This document shows, one piece after another, positions 51,025 through 64,000 of a stretch of DNA of 64,000 bases (the first letter of the stretch is position 1; every line of letters starts with the position of its first letter). This DNA is from Octopus vulgaris (taxonomy: Eukaryota): NCBI GenBank assembly GCA_951406725.2, contig OX597839.1, forward strand, positions 36,518,001-36,582,000, given 5' to 3'. Position numbers and translations under genes: made by a program. The notes under the pieces were generated by a model. That model was given only the letters and a program-made list of their open reading frames with translations, was not told the origin of the DNA and searched no databases.

Positions 51025-51350
51025 AGATATAACCTTGAAATGGAGGGACAGATGGATGAGAGGGGGTGGGTGTAGAGGGACATTCTTGGAAAGTGGTAGA
51101 GGGGTAGTAGTGATAGGGGTAGTAGTGATGGTGGTAACGGTAGGGTGGGTGATAGTGTTTGGCTCTGGATGAGCCCTGCTCCAGCAGAAGTAAGAGGAAG
51201 GGTTTGGCTGTCTGTGACCATCCTGTCTTTCAGTCACTCACACAGCACATTCTGGGGCCACGTTTATCTGTATCTCGTATGATTTTTTTTTAGCTTTAAA
51301 CCCTCCCCCCCCCCCGATGTGCAGTTTAATGGAGATTTGGTTACTGTTTC

Positions 51351-51799
51351 CTATTTCTTTACTACCCAAAAGGGGCTACACACAGAGGGGACAAACAAGG
51401 ACAGACAAATGGATTAAGTCGATTATATCAACCTCAGTGCGTAAGTGGTACTTATTTAATCGAACCGGAAAGGATGAAAGGCAAAGTCTACCTCGGCGGA
51501 ATTTGAACTCAGAACGTAACGGCAGACGAAATACCGCTAAGCATTTCGCCCGGCGTGCTACCGTTTCATATTTCTTTATTGCCCACAAGCGGCTAAACAT
51601 AAAGGGGACAAACAAGGACAGACAAACGGATTAAGTCGATTATAGCAACCCCAGTGTGTAACTGGTACTTATTTAACCGACCCCGAAAGGACGAAAGGCA
51701 AAGTTGACCACAGCGGAATTTGAACTCAGAATGTAACAGCAGATGAAATACCGCTAAGCATTTCGCCTGGCGTGCTAACGTTTCTGCCAGCTCACCGCC
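51351..51799 (-). mobile_element. SINE-A dimer with a single 14-bp TSD
   Basis: TSD ttggttactgtttc at 51337-51350 and 51800-51813. Confidence 0.92.
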
Positions 51800-53424
51800 T
51801 TGGTTACTGTTTCTAGCAAATAGTTCCTCTTCAGAATTTCGCTTTGATGATGCCAGTTACTAGACCTTTCAGTTTAGTGTAAGAAAAAGTTAAGGGAAAC
51901 AGGATAGATATGTGGTTAAGAAGGATAGTTTCCAATGATGTGGGTTGAGGTTCGATCCCACCACACATAACAACAAGGGATGGTTTCTATTCAAGTCTCG
52001 GGTTGACCGATGCCCCATGAGTGGGACTTAGTAGAAAGAAACTATGCCAAAGACCCACACAGTCACACCCCGCAGTGTAAACTTGTGTGTTAAGTTACAT
52101 CCTTTACATCAAAATACAGTCATTCTATAACTAAATATCATCATCATCATCATCATCATTATTATTTTAACGTCCACTTTTCCAATGCTTGCATGGGATC
52201 GGATGGAATTTGTAGAGTCAACATTTCTATGGCTGGATGTTCCTCGTGTCACCAATTGTCACCAGTTTCTCCAAGCAACGTAATATTTCCCCATGGGCCA
52301 GACACACTTTTCATGGAATATTGAAAACAAACAACACTGCTTGTATGATGGTGATGCTTGTTTACAACATCCTGTGCTGTTAAAACTTCCTCTGTTGATT
52401 TGATGAGGCTGCTGTATACTTCTTCAATGTTCTCAGCATCTATTTCAGAAGTAGACGGTCGAACAATGATGATGATGATGCTGTTAAAACAAGAGTACAC
52501 AAACAAATACATGCACATACCATCGTCAATTAACATTTGTTTTCCATTCTGGCACAGGTTGGATGGCTTGACAGGTGCTGGCGAGGTAAAAGGCCACACC
52601 AGGTCCCATAGTCTATTTTGGCTTGGTTTCTACAGCCGGGTGCCTTTCCTGATGCCAAACAGTTTACCGAGTGTACTGGGCGCTTTGTACACAGCACCAT
52701 CACCAATACTTCTTATGTGGCATCAACATCAGTGCTTTTTATGTGGCCCCTTGGTTTTAGGACATCAATTTAGGAAACCCCTTGGTTTTAGGACATCAAG
52801 TGGTGGGCAGGACTTCTTCAGTACGGAAATGCACAACATATCTTAGTCACTGGCATTGACCTAATTAATCAAAAATATTTGGAAGCAGTGCTCCAGTATG
52901 GCCACAGACCAATTATTAAACCAATTAGGGGAATAAACTAAATAAATACAAGGAACTTGCTTTCATCTAAATGCCACAACTTCACATTCACTTTTCTTCC
53001 TTTGGGCTAATTAGGGGTTGAACCCCTCACTCAGCATTTCTAAGATTGTGAGATTTTCTAGGAATGGCCATTTTATCTTTTGATATCTAGATAATGCATT
53101 TAGGATTATATTATACAATGTGTCCTCCTTTTTTTGCAGAATGGTAAGGAAATTTGACTGCTATTTCTAGCTAGCACCTAGTCCCTCCCTCATCACATGG
53201 AATATATGTATGATTCCTGTAAATGTCTGGGACAGCTGTTACTATGGTAACAACAGACAGCTCATTGTGTATGTTTCATATCTCATCATCATGTGAAAGT
53301 TATTGGAAGAGGGAGCAGGGAGGTATGTGATGGGGGGTGGGGATGATGCAGTATGGGTTGTGTCTATAGAGAGTGGAATGGTTGCAGTGATAGGAGTCGT
53401 GATGGAAGGATAGGATGTGAGGAT

Positions 53425-53477
53425 GCGCACACATATATACACACACACACACATACACTTGCATGTTTGTATGCATG

Positions 53478-53521
<44 letters not shown>

Positions 53522-53915
53522 CACACACAAACACATATATACACACACACACACAAACACATATATATACACACACAAACACATACATATACATACACAC
53601 ACACACACAAACACATACATACACACACACACACAAACACATACATACACACACACACACAAACACATACATATACACACAAACACATACACATATATAT
53701 ACACACACACACACACATATATATACATGCACACACAAACACATACACATATATATAGCTGTATGTATTTGAATGTGTACATATTCACACACGTGTGTGT
53801 GTACATACACACATGTATGCATTTGCTTGTTTATACATAAAAGAAACATGTAAACGAATATACATACATTCATACGTGTGTGTGTGTGTGTGCCTGTGTA
53901 CGCACGCACACACAG
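53425..53915. repeat. (CA)/(TA) compound microsatellite
   Basis: Directly visible. Confidence 0.95.
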
Positions 53916-55223
53916 AGGCACATTTAAATTACTGAACTAGAATGTTTGTGTCTCACTGTATTCATATACCCACCCCCAGTGAAACTACCATTGGCTCTCT
54001 CTCTCTCCCTCTCTGTAGAGCAACAGACTTGACTAGTTTCACCTGCCTTTACCAGCTCATCAAGAGAAGTTCAAAAGATGTTGTTGTGTAACTTCACAAT
54101 CCAGTAGTCTTACAGCATGCAGGCAGTCAACAGACTGATGAGATGATGAGGTGCAGCCCAAAACTTCATCTCAGTTATGCCATGTCCCTTTCTAGTTGAG
54201 AGCCATTCCAACATGACCCACCAGTCTGTGATGAATCAGGAGGTGCCATATAACAGTCTGGGAATATTATACTCTTTACATCACCCAGTCCATTTTTGTA
54301 TACACCCACAGAGTCTGGTGGTGGCCATCCCAACTCTGTTTTGGGTTCAGCAAGGCTGTGATACCATTCCATTCAATAGTAGTTATGTCTGGTTTTCCAT
54401 GGTAGCAAGAGTTAGATGAATATATTTTTGAAGCATTTTTGTTTTTACAGTCAGGTACCTTTCCTGTTGCTAAACTTTACCTACTATTTAAGTAAAGAAT
54501 TTCTTATTTTCACATGTCTTTGAAGGAGCAAAACCAAAGGGAATGATGTCATCACTTGTAGCTCAGTGATTTTAGGTGAAGCAGAAGTGTAAACAAACAA
54601 ACACACACACACTGGGTTTCCATCTACCAAATCCAGTTACAGGTCTTTGGTTGCAGTAGGTTTGCAGTAAAAGACACTTGCTCAAGACACTTGTCGTGCT
54701 TGAGAAGAAGATCCATTAACCCAAGTAGAATCCTAGTTGTGGCAGAAACAGGTGTCAGACAAATGGCACTTGTGCCAGTGGCATGTAAAAGTACCCATTA
54801 GACTCTCAGAGTGGTTGGTGTTAGGAAGAGCATCCAACTGTAGAAACCATACCACATCAGACTGGAGTCTGGTGCAGCCTTCCAGCCTTGCCAGCCCTGG
54901 TCAAACCATCCAACCCATGCCAGCATGGTCAACAGATGTTAAATGATGATGATTGTTTGTTTGTTTTTGTTCCCCCCCCCTTTTTTTTTCTTTATTGGTT
55001 TGGCTGGAATGAGCTGAAGTCATCATATTTTTAGGATATTTTATGTTCTGAGCTGTTACTAATGTCTCCTGATATTTGGGTGGTTCTAATATGGCACAGC
55101 AAAGTTAAATCTCTCTCACCATATACATGTGTGTGTGTGTATAAAAAACACTGAATACAGTCAGTGAAGTGGTTGATGTTAAGAGAGACATCCAGCCATA
55201 GAAATCATATTAAAGTAGGCAGT

Positions 55224-55647
55224 GGCGCAGGAGTGGCTGTGTGGTAAGTAGCTTGCTTACCAACCACATGGTCCCCGGTTCAATCCCACTGTGTGGCACC
55301 TTGGGCAAGTGTCTTCTACTATAGCCTCAGGCCAACCAAAGCCTTGTGAGTGGATTTGGTAGACGGAAACTGGAAAAAGCCCATCGTATATATATATATA
55401 TGTGTGTGTGTGTGCGTGTGTGTGTGTGTGTGTGTGTTTGTATGTCTGTGTTTGTCCCCCCAGCATCGCTTGACAACCGATGCTGGTGTATTTACGTCCC
55501 CGTCACTTAGCGGTTCGGCAAAAGAGACCGATAGAATAAGTATTAGGCTTACAAAGAATGAGCTCTGGGGTCGATTTGCTCGACTATAAAGGCAGTGCCC
55601 CAGCATGGCCGCAGTCAAATGACTGACACAAGTAAAAGAGTAAAAGA
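55224..55647 (+). mobile_element. SINE-B, full length
   Basis: ggcgcaggagtggctgtgtggtaag...ggttcaatccc...(TA)(TG)n...gtaaaagagtaaaaga. Confidence 0.92.
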
Positions 55648-55848
55648 TTGGAGCTTGGTACAGTCCACTAGCTTGCCAACTCCTGTTGAACCAGGCAACC
55701 CATGGGGGACAAAAATGGATGTTGAATGGTGATGGTGATTAGGACTACATTAAACACACACGTCAATTTATTTGGAAACTAATCCACTGTTATATCTATC
55801 TATCTACACACACACACACATATATACATCTGCATGTATGTATGTATG

Positions 55849-55893
<45 letters not shown>

Positions 55894-56026
55894 AAATATT
55901 AGGGATAAATTTTTAATACTTTTGATATATATTTAAAATAATATAAATTAATTTAAATTAATTTTATGTATTGGCTTAAGTTTTTCATTGTTTGATTTGC
56001 CTAATAGTGGTTTTATCTCTAATTTA

Positions 56027-56073
<47 letters not shown>

Positions 56074-56105
56074 TTTATTTAAAGCAGTAGAAAATTCAAC
56101 AAAAC

Positions 56106-56143
56106 CTGTTACTCTGAGTTTCACATTCCCGTTCGTCGGACAG
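56106..56143 (-). ncRNA. Candidate minimal hammerhead (U4C variant) in an ~85-bp insert within (TA)n
   Basis: Minus: ctgt CCGACGA acg-ggaa-tgt GAAA ctc-a-gag TA acag; all three stems pair, GUA triplet. Confidence 0.6.
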
Positions 56144-56434
56144 TTTTTGCTAGAATATATATACATACACACAGATATATATCTGTATATGTATATATAC
56201 ACACACAGATAGATATATATTTTATATTGTGTTGCTTTTCAACAGACCTTTCACTGCTTAATATAGCACATACACACACACACACACACAAATCAATTTA
56301 TACATATATAAATACAGACACATGTTATACACACCACACCAACAAACGTGTGTGTGAGGGGGGAGTTTGTGAGTTCATTGAGTGAGAAATAAGGCTAAAA
56401 ATGAAGTCTACCTAATGTATATGAATGGTATCAA

Positions 56435-56466
<32 letters not shown>

Positions 56467-56809
56467 TGTGTGTGTATGTGTGTGTGTGTGTGAGAGAGTG
56501 CTGGTTTATTTGTGTGTCAATTTTGCATATAGTGTGAGCAGCTGTCAGGTGACTGTGTGTGTGCGCTTACATAAATGTGTGTGTATGAGTGTGTGAGGTC
56601 AGCCATTATGGAATTATCGATTAGACCAGATGTAGTAAGTAGGTCAACAGTGTGTGTGTGTGTGTGTGTGTGTGATGGGAGAAAAGCATGTTTTGTGTGT
56701 ATGTGTGTGTGTATATATATGTATATATATATATATATACATGCACACACGCACATGCAATTTTGTTTTAACACATATGGATACATATTTACGCATGAGT
56801 ATAATACAC

Positions 56810-56848
<39 letters not shown>

Positions 56849-56880
56849 CACACACTATATATATATGTATATATGACACA

Positions 56881-56924
<44 letters not shown>

Positions 56925-57922
56925 TGCACTATGCGTACATGTATCTACATGCAAATACAGACATGCACCTATCAAAATCCAGACATATATATATATATAA
57001 CTGTCTGGATTTTGATATATATATACACACACACACATACAAACATACAGACACATGCACATACATACATACATACACCACCACCCCCGGGCACAGAGAC
57101 ACACACCTACAATATGCATAAATATATCTACATACATAAATACAACATGCTATCCAACTGCATATATATAAACATTCTTGTACATACATAAATTATAGCA
57201 GACTATAGTAAATGTTCTCCTATATCTCCTATATGTGTGTGTGTGTGTGTCTGCGTGTGTGTGTGTGTGTGTGTGTGTGTGAGAACCTCTTAAGCCTTGT
57301 ATATCTTCATTTGGAAGATGCCAACAGAAAAAAAAAAACCACTCTGCCCCACCCACAATTTCCACAAGCTAGCATTTTACTAACGTGTACAGCGTCTCTT
57401 TAACTTCCTACCTGGATATGTAGGGCAACACCCCTACTTCTGAAACATTTAGGAAAGAACAACAAAGACACCCAAGAGAAAAAAGGGGATTTTGTTGGGG
57501 ATTTTTTCTGGTAAAAACGGTTGTTCTTTTGCTTATGAATGGGATAAAAAAAACACAGATTCTCTTAATTAGAGCTGATGAGACTTTTTATGTGGTTACT
57601 CACCCTGCAAAAAATAACAGTCAGGTTTTCATTCAGATCATACCCTACTGTCTCACCGCTTCCAAATGGCAGCATACACTGGGTAATTAATGCCATCATA
57701 AGTGGTCATGGCAAGAATGTCTGTAATTCTAGATTTGATTGATCATAATTGACCTGCTATTAACAAAAACTTCTACATGAAAATGTATGATTTTCGTTAG
57801 TTTTCTTCTCTGCCTGTCTGGATTGTTTTCAAGTATTTTGGTTTCTCTGGGAGTCCCTTTTTAAAGTAGAAGAAATAGCTAAAGTTTTTTGGCTGCTATT
57901 TCTATACTTCGGTATGTGGTAA

Positions 57923-57956
<34 letters not shown>

Positions 57957-57959
<3 letters not shown>

Positions 57960-58186
57960 GGCAAGCTGGCAGAAACGTTAGCATGCTGGCCGGAATGCTT
58001 AGCGGTATTTCGTCTGCGTTATGTTGTGAGTTCAAATTCTGCCGAGGTCGACTTTGCCTTTCATCCTTTCAGGGCCGATAAATTAAGTACCAGTTACGCA
58101 CTGGGATCGATGTAATCGACTTAATACCTATGTCTGTCCTTGTTTGTCCGCTCTGTGTTTAGCCCCTTGTGGGTAATAAAGAAATA
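57957..58186 (+). mobile_element. SINE-A preceded by A31
   Basis: TSD ggtaaagcaaa at 57918-57928 and 58187-58197. Confidence 0.9.
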
Positions 58187-59419
58187 GGTAAAGCAAATCT
58201 TTGCTGAACCCTAATTATTAAGTATTTTTTCATGCCGAATTCTACTTGGTGAAATTATTGATTACTTCTTAATTAATTAATTAATGTACGTGGGGTGCAT
58301 GCGTGTTTTTGGTGGAACCATATACAAAGAATATAAAGGATTTATGAAAAGAAATAACGAAAATGCGTAATACTAACCCGGAGTCAAAACATCAATTCCT
58401 GCAGTTCACATAAAATAGAAGGTTATATTCTAGAATGTAAGGGATCGGATGAAAAGAATATGTGTAGGAAATAATGAAAACTTATCACAGTAGTGACCTG
58501 GGGTTATATAGTTCCTAAAGTCAATATGAGCCCTTGGTAGCAAGAGAGACCATCACTGCAGCTGCTTCACCTACCAAACACCCTACTGTTTTGAAAATGA
58601 GGAGAGTGTATACATATACATATATATAATAAGCCAGGGAGAGAGATTCTGTGTTGTCAGTGAAGCCTTTCAATGTAGCAGCCAAACAGATTTCCCCTTC
58701 CCCTAGTTTTTAGAAGAGGGAGCACCCAGGAGACAATGAGGGCCTTTTCATGAAGTCACTCAACTTGATCATCTGTTAGCAAGCAAATTACCCAGTCAAA
58801 TGAAGCATCCTGCTGGTTTTCAAATTAGGGATCTCACTTGTAGATTTGTTTCTACAATAAAGAAGAGATTGTTGTTGAACTTGGCGACATTTTAGCAGCT
58901 ACACACAAAAGGGTCCCTTGGAGGAGATACTGGCAACAACAACAACAACCAAAGCCCAAAATGTACATCTGATGGTAAATAAACAAATTTTAGGGACCCA
59001 AAAGTGGGGAAAAAAAGGGGATAATTAAGAGAGAGAGAAGGAACAAAAAGAACTTTGCCTTACCTCATCACTCTGTGAAGAATAAATGTAATTCCATAGT
59101 TTTACGTAACTGGATACAAGGGGCGTTTCCTACCTATACATGGTGCGTATGTGCATGGATATATAACTATATATAGCTTACTTCATTTTATGGTACATGT
59201 ATATATATGTATATATATATATACACACACATATATACATATATACACACATATGTACATGTATACACATATATATACATATATACACACATATATAAAT
59301 ATATACACACATACATATACACACATATACACATACACACATATATATATATATACATGCACACACATATATATACATACACACACATATATATACATAC
59401 ACGTACACATATGCAGCTT

Positions 59420-59810
59420 ACATCATCATTTTTATGTCCGCGTTTCTCAGCTTACATGGGTTGGGCAGGTCTTCTCCAATACAACATCACACCACTAACT
59501 TATGGCCATTTGTGTTCTTCATGAAGTTTGGCCCCTTAAGACCGGTCTCCCTCAACTTTAATCAAGGTCATCCATGGTTCTCATTTAAAACGCAAAGTGA
59601 TCCAAGCAGGTTTCTTCCCTTTGGATCCCTTGGCATCCTCCTTATACACAGCACTTGTGTCTATCTGCACAGTCCACCTTGGCAAGATTCCTCTCCTACC
59701 AAGTTGTTCTCTTAGCTTAACTGTGTCTTTCAGCATTCACACCCACTAACATTACATATCTAAAAAACCTTGCTACTGTCGTTTCTTTCCCATCTTCACA
59801 TACCCTTCAC
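59420..59810 (-). mobile_element. Heavily decayed LINE-like 3' end sharing the element C tail
   Basis: Minus ...gcccaacccatgtaagctgagaaacgcggacataaaaatgatgatg preceded by non-SINE, ORF-like remnants (KLREQLGRRGI). Confidence 0.4.
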
Positions 59811-60056
59811 ATCCGATGCTCATGTCTTACTTCCCTAAAACAATGCACTTCATCTGGAAACAACATGCAATCTGCCCCTTACATACACACAGACACACAC
59901 ACACTCTCTCTCCCACTCTCGCAGACCTTTTGTTGCAAGCCAAGATAACAACTCCCTCAACTATTCCATCCTCTTTTAGCTCAGAATTTTTCCAATACTA
60001 GCCTACTAAGAACTTCTGAGCCTTGGTGGTATTTGTCCCCTTCCTGGCACACAAAC

Positions 60057-60745
60057 TTGACCCCTTAGTATTCAGATTATTCTGTCAAATATAATGCTTA
60101 TCTAATCACATTATTTTGAGTTATACAGCATCTTGTAGCTATGAGGTTTTGGTGATGTGACTATTTATTTATAGAATGACATTGTAAGGTAGGTGCGAGA
60201 GGTCAAATCTGGCCAGTTTGCATATAAAACAGATAGAATGTTTGGACTGGATATCACTGGTTTAACCCTTTCGTTACCAACCCGGCTGAAACCGGCTCTG
60301 AGTACAAATGTTTTGTTTTCATAAGTTTTGAATTAAAATCTTCCATCAAACCTTAGTCACGATTTATGTTCCTAACACTAGCTTAATGATAACTAAGTTG
60401 TTTTACTAAATTCTTTGTTATATTTAAAATTAATTGAAAGAAACGCAGAGCGTCTCAACAAAAATAGGGTAACAAAAGGGTTAAAATATATAATAGAGAA
60501 AGAATTCTTAACCCTTTTGATACCAACCTGGCTGAAACTGGCTCTGTAGTACAAATGTCTTGTTTTCATAAGTTTTGAATTAAAATCTTCCCCCAAACCT
60601 TAGTCACAATTTATGTTCCTAACACCAGCTTAATTATTGTTAAGTTATTTTACTAAATTTTTTGTTATATTTAAAGTAATTGAAAGAAACACAGAGCATC
60701 CCAAAATAAATACAGTAACGAAAGGGTTAAATGCTAAACGGTTAA
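60057..60745. mobile_element. MITE-B with a MITE-A dimer (60262-60730) inserted at an internal TTAA
   Basis: MITE-B end actggtttaa|[A-spacer-A]|atgctaaacggttaa versus uninterrupted accagtttaaatactaaaaggttaa at about 13636-13660. Confidence 0.88.
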
Positions 60746-60899
60746 ACCTCCTCCAAGCTCTTTTCCTAAACAGTTGTCGTGTAACTTTCTCTTACTTTCA
60801 TACCTTGGGTCCATTATTTGGATGTCTTTGCGGCTGCATCTTTCTAGAGAATCTTTGTTGTCCTTGCAGCAGTTGATGGTGATAGACTGCAATGACATT

Positions 60900-61200
60900 C
60901 ACTGAGTGGAACACAACCATCATCTACAGTCAGTCGTCATAGTTATGATTTCATGGCTTTGATATGACTTGATACGCTTTCTCCATACTGTTTGGTTCTT
61001 GCTCAAGTTTGCCATTTATTTATGATTGATTCCTTTCCATTTCATATTCCTTTTTCGCAGGATCTTTGAATCTCAGTCAAAGTCTTTCATGGTTTCTTTT
61101 TGCCTTGCATAATTGAGAGGAAAGAATTTGTCCGGGGAGTCTGTTGTTGTCCATCCTGTGGATGTAACTCAACCAACATAAATTTCTATCGATGAGGACT
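60900..61200 (-). mobile_element. RTE-clade LINE ORF C-terminal fragment
   Basis: Minus frame VLIDRNLCWLSYIHRMDNNRLPGQILSSQLCKAKRNHE then frameshifted LRFKD, matching the RTE W.GHV.RM...RLPK....QL..GKR..GRP..RFKD pattern. Confidence 0.8.
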
Positions 61201-61324
61201 TCCACACTACCTAATTAACTATACAAGTAATAGAATGAGAATTGGGGACGGCTGTTTGAGCAGAGACGATTTGGCACAGCTGACCAGAAATTTGGCCTGT
61301 TTTGGTGACACACTCGTGTGGACA

Positions 61325-61610
61325 CAGGACTTTTCTTTGTAAGATTAGTACTTATTCTATTGGTCTCTTTTGCTGAACTGCTAAGTTACAGGGACATAAA
61401 CACACCAGCATTAGTTGTCAAGCGATGGCGACACACACACACACACACACATATACATATATACATGACAGGCTCCTTTCAGTTTCCATCTACCAAATCC
61501 ACTCACAAGGCTTTGGTCAACCCGAGCCTATAGTAGAAGACACTTGCCCAAGGCGCCATGCGGTGGGACTTGAACCTGGAACCGTGTGGTTGGGAAGCAA
61601 GCTTCTTACT
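61325..61610 (-). mobile_element. SINE-B, partial
   Basis: Reverse complement of body and head. Confidence 0.85.
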
Positions 61611-62882
61611 GCACTGCCAGGAAATCTTGAACACAGGTTAGCTGAGAAACAGCTTAAAAGATTGAGTAAATACCCTTTAGGGGATAGAAAAAAAGTGACC
61701 AGCAAGCCACTACAGAAACAAATTCTGTGCCACTCGAGTGCTCTGTACCATTACCTCTGACAACAAATATCATCTTTTATCATGCTAAATGATAGCTTTT
61801 AGAATGTGAGTATATATATATATATATCATCATCATCGTTTAATGTCCGCTTTCCATGCTGGCATGGGTTGGATGATTTGATTGAGGACTGGCGAATCAG
61901 ATGGCTGCACCAGGCTCCAATCTGATCTGGTAAAGTTTCTACAGCTGGATGCCTTTCCTAACGCCAACCGCTCTGAGAGTGCAGTAGGTGCTTTTACGTG
62001 CCACAGGCACGAGGGCCAGTCAGGTGGTACTGGCAACGGCCACGCTTAAATGGTGATTTTTTACACGCCGCCTGCACAGGAGCCAGTCCAGCAGCAATGG
62101 CAACAACCTTGGCTCGAATGTTTTTTCATGTGCCAATAAGGCGATGCAGGGACATGCTGCCTGGGTAGGCAAGGTAAGCAGTGTCTGTCCCGAATAAAAT
62201 AGGTCAATAGTAACATTTTCCTTTTATGGCAAAATATGCACCTAATTCAATAAAATTATGTAGGTTACTCTGATTACTATGCATAAAATACAAAATATTT
62301 TATTTTTTTGTAGATCAGGTAGGCATAATTCACCCTTGCCTTTCAATCTCAGTATTAAAACTACATATAGTACTGCTGTAGTACACATGCTGCATACATT
62401 CCTACAACAATGTTTTCTTTACGTGCTATAAAGACAGAATTAATTCTGCCTCCAACTCAATCATGCACCTGTGTTTCACTTATCTTTTTGCATTTTACTA
62501 CATAAACGTCACCAACTGGCTACCCTGAGTAATTGCTGATGGCACATGACTGATACATATATATATATGTATATAACTCCAAGAAAGTTAGGGGTTGTGG
62601 GTCCATAATTTATATCCATGTTTTCTTCTAATAATTGCTTATATTCTTATTTTATATGCATAGAATAATATGCTATATGTATTTATGTTATTATGGTTGT
62701 TGTTTTGATAAATAAATAAGTTGACATTTTAATGTCCTAAAGTTGATGAACCAACTAATGTGCTTCTCCATTTTCTTATTTACAATATATATATATATAA
62801 ATTAATAAATAAATAAAACATATGCATATATACATACATATATGTACGTACCTACCTCTACATGTATATATACATGCATATA

Positions 62883-63060
62883 TGGGTACAGGACACACAA
62901 AAAAAAACGTCGAACACAATGAGAAACGGTAACATAAACACAAAACCAAGGAAATGGACATTTTTCTTAAACAACGAAAAAATAGAGTACAGGACATACA
63001 AAACAAGGAAAATTCCCCTTCTTCAGTCGCCTTTGTTCCATCTACTCCACGTTTCGAAGA
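62883..63060. mobile_element. Unclassified ~180-bp insert in (TA)n, possibly Penelope pLTR-like
   Basis: Same size, A-rich composition and (TA)n context as 45282-45690; minus strand has cttcGAAACgt and a later CTGAAGA. Confidence 0.35.
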
Positions 63061-63589
63061 TATATATATATATATATCAGAGAGAGTGAGATTAAGTACA
63101 CGTGTATTAGTGTAAATTTGGGTATGTGTACGTTCATGTCTTGACATCATAAAGAAACAAACATAACACAAAAATGATTCAAAATCTATGAAATCATGTC
63201 TGGTCGTCGTGCTCTGCATGTTCAGAAGACATTTTCAGTTGCTTGGGAACAGGCAGGGGTTGGCAATAGAAAGGGTACCTGGACACAGAAAATCTGCTTC
63301 GGTGAATTCCGTTTGACCCATGCAAGCATGGAAAGGTGGATGTCAGATTGAGATTATATATCTGTGTGTGTGAGTGCGTTTGAGCGTGTGTGAGTGTATA
63401 CACAGTACATATAATGAAGACAAGCAAAAGTTACAATACACACACACACACACATTCACCTACTTCTGTATATGGTATATATATATATATTTAGCTATAT
63501 ATAGCTTGCTTCACTCTATGGTATATGTAACATAATAAAGGCGGCGCGAAATTTACAATAGACACCCACACACAGGTTTACCCCCTCCC

Positions 63590-63656
63590 ACATGTATATA
63601 CACACACATTGTATGTATGTATGCGTGTGTGTGTATATGTATGTGTGTATATATAC

Positions 63657-63694
<38 letters not shown>

Positions 63695-64000
63695 GGTAAT
63701 CATATTTCCAAATGAGTTTTCAGTCGTCCCCTTTCTAACTATGAAAAGAAATTATCAGAGGAAGAAATCTCAGAACTGTGTATAAATGTGTGTGTGTGTG
63801 TATATGTATATATATGTGTGTGTGTGTATATGTATATATGTGTGTGTGTGTATATGTATATATGTGTGTGTGTATGTGTGTATGTGTGTGTGTGTGTGTA
63901 TGTATATGTGTGTGTGTGTATATGTATATGTGTGTGTGTGTATATGTATATATGTGTGTGTGTATATGTATATATGTGTGTGTGTGTATATGTATATATA
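63590..64000. repeat. (TG)n-(TA)n compound microsatellite
   Basis: Directly visible; tgtgtgtgtatatgtatatatg unit from 63787. Confidence 0.95.

Noticed and set aside
62148-62527. Possible hAT element (caggg...ccctg)
   Set aside because: Only 5-bp terminal match and no TSD found.

Overview
AT-rich, microsatellite-dense animal genomic DNA, almost entirely intronic or intergenic. The repeat families look like octopus to me, but that is recognition, not a database result. Nearly all ORFs in the supplied track are artefacts of microsatellites or SINEs. Content: (1) high-copy retroposed families labelled here SINE-A, SINE-B (internal microsatellite), element C ((GAT)n tail, 63-bp VNTR) and SINE-D; (2) TTAA piggyBac-type MITEs, including a recurrent dimer, plus Tc1/mariner- and hAT-type MITEs and Helitron/Helentron remnants; (3) a decayed Merlin transposase and CR1 and RTE LINE 3' fragments; (4) one plausible host start-codon exon on the minus strand (20953-21088). 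The most interesting signal is a set of about seven minimal type I hammerhead-ribozyme folds. Most sit in short elements inserted in (TA)n, one has a compensatory G3-C8 core swap, and two lie in tRNA-headed elements that look like Pol III SINEs with a Penelope-type ribozyme tail. There are also three local templated duplications and several long hairpins. Coordinates were counted by eye; repeat boundaries are approximate.
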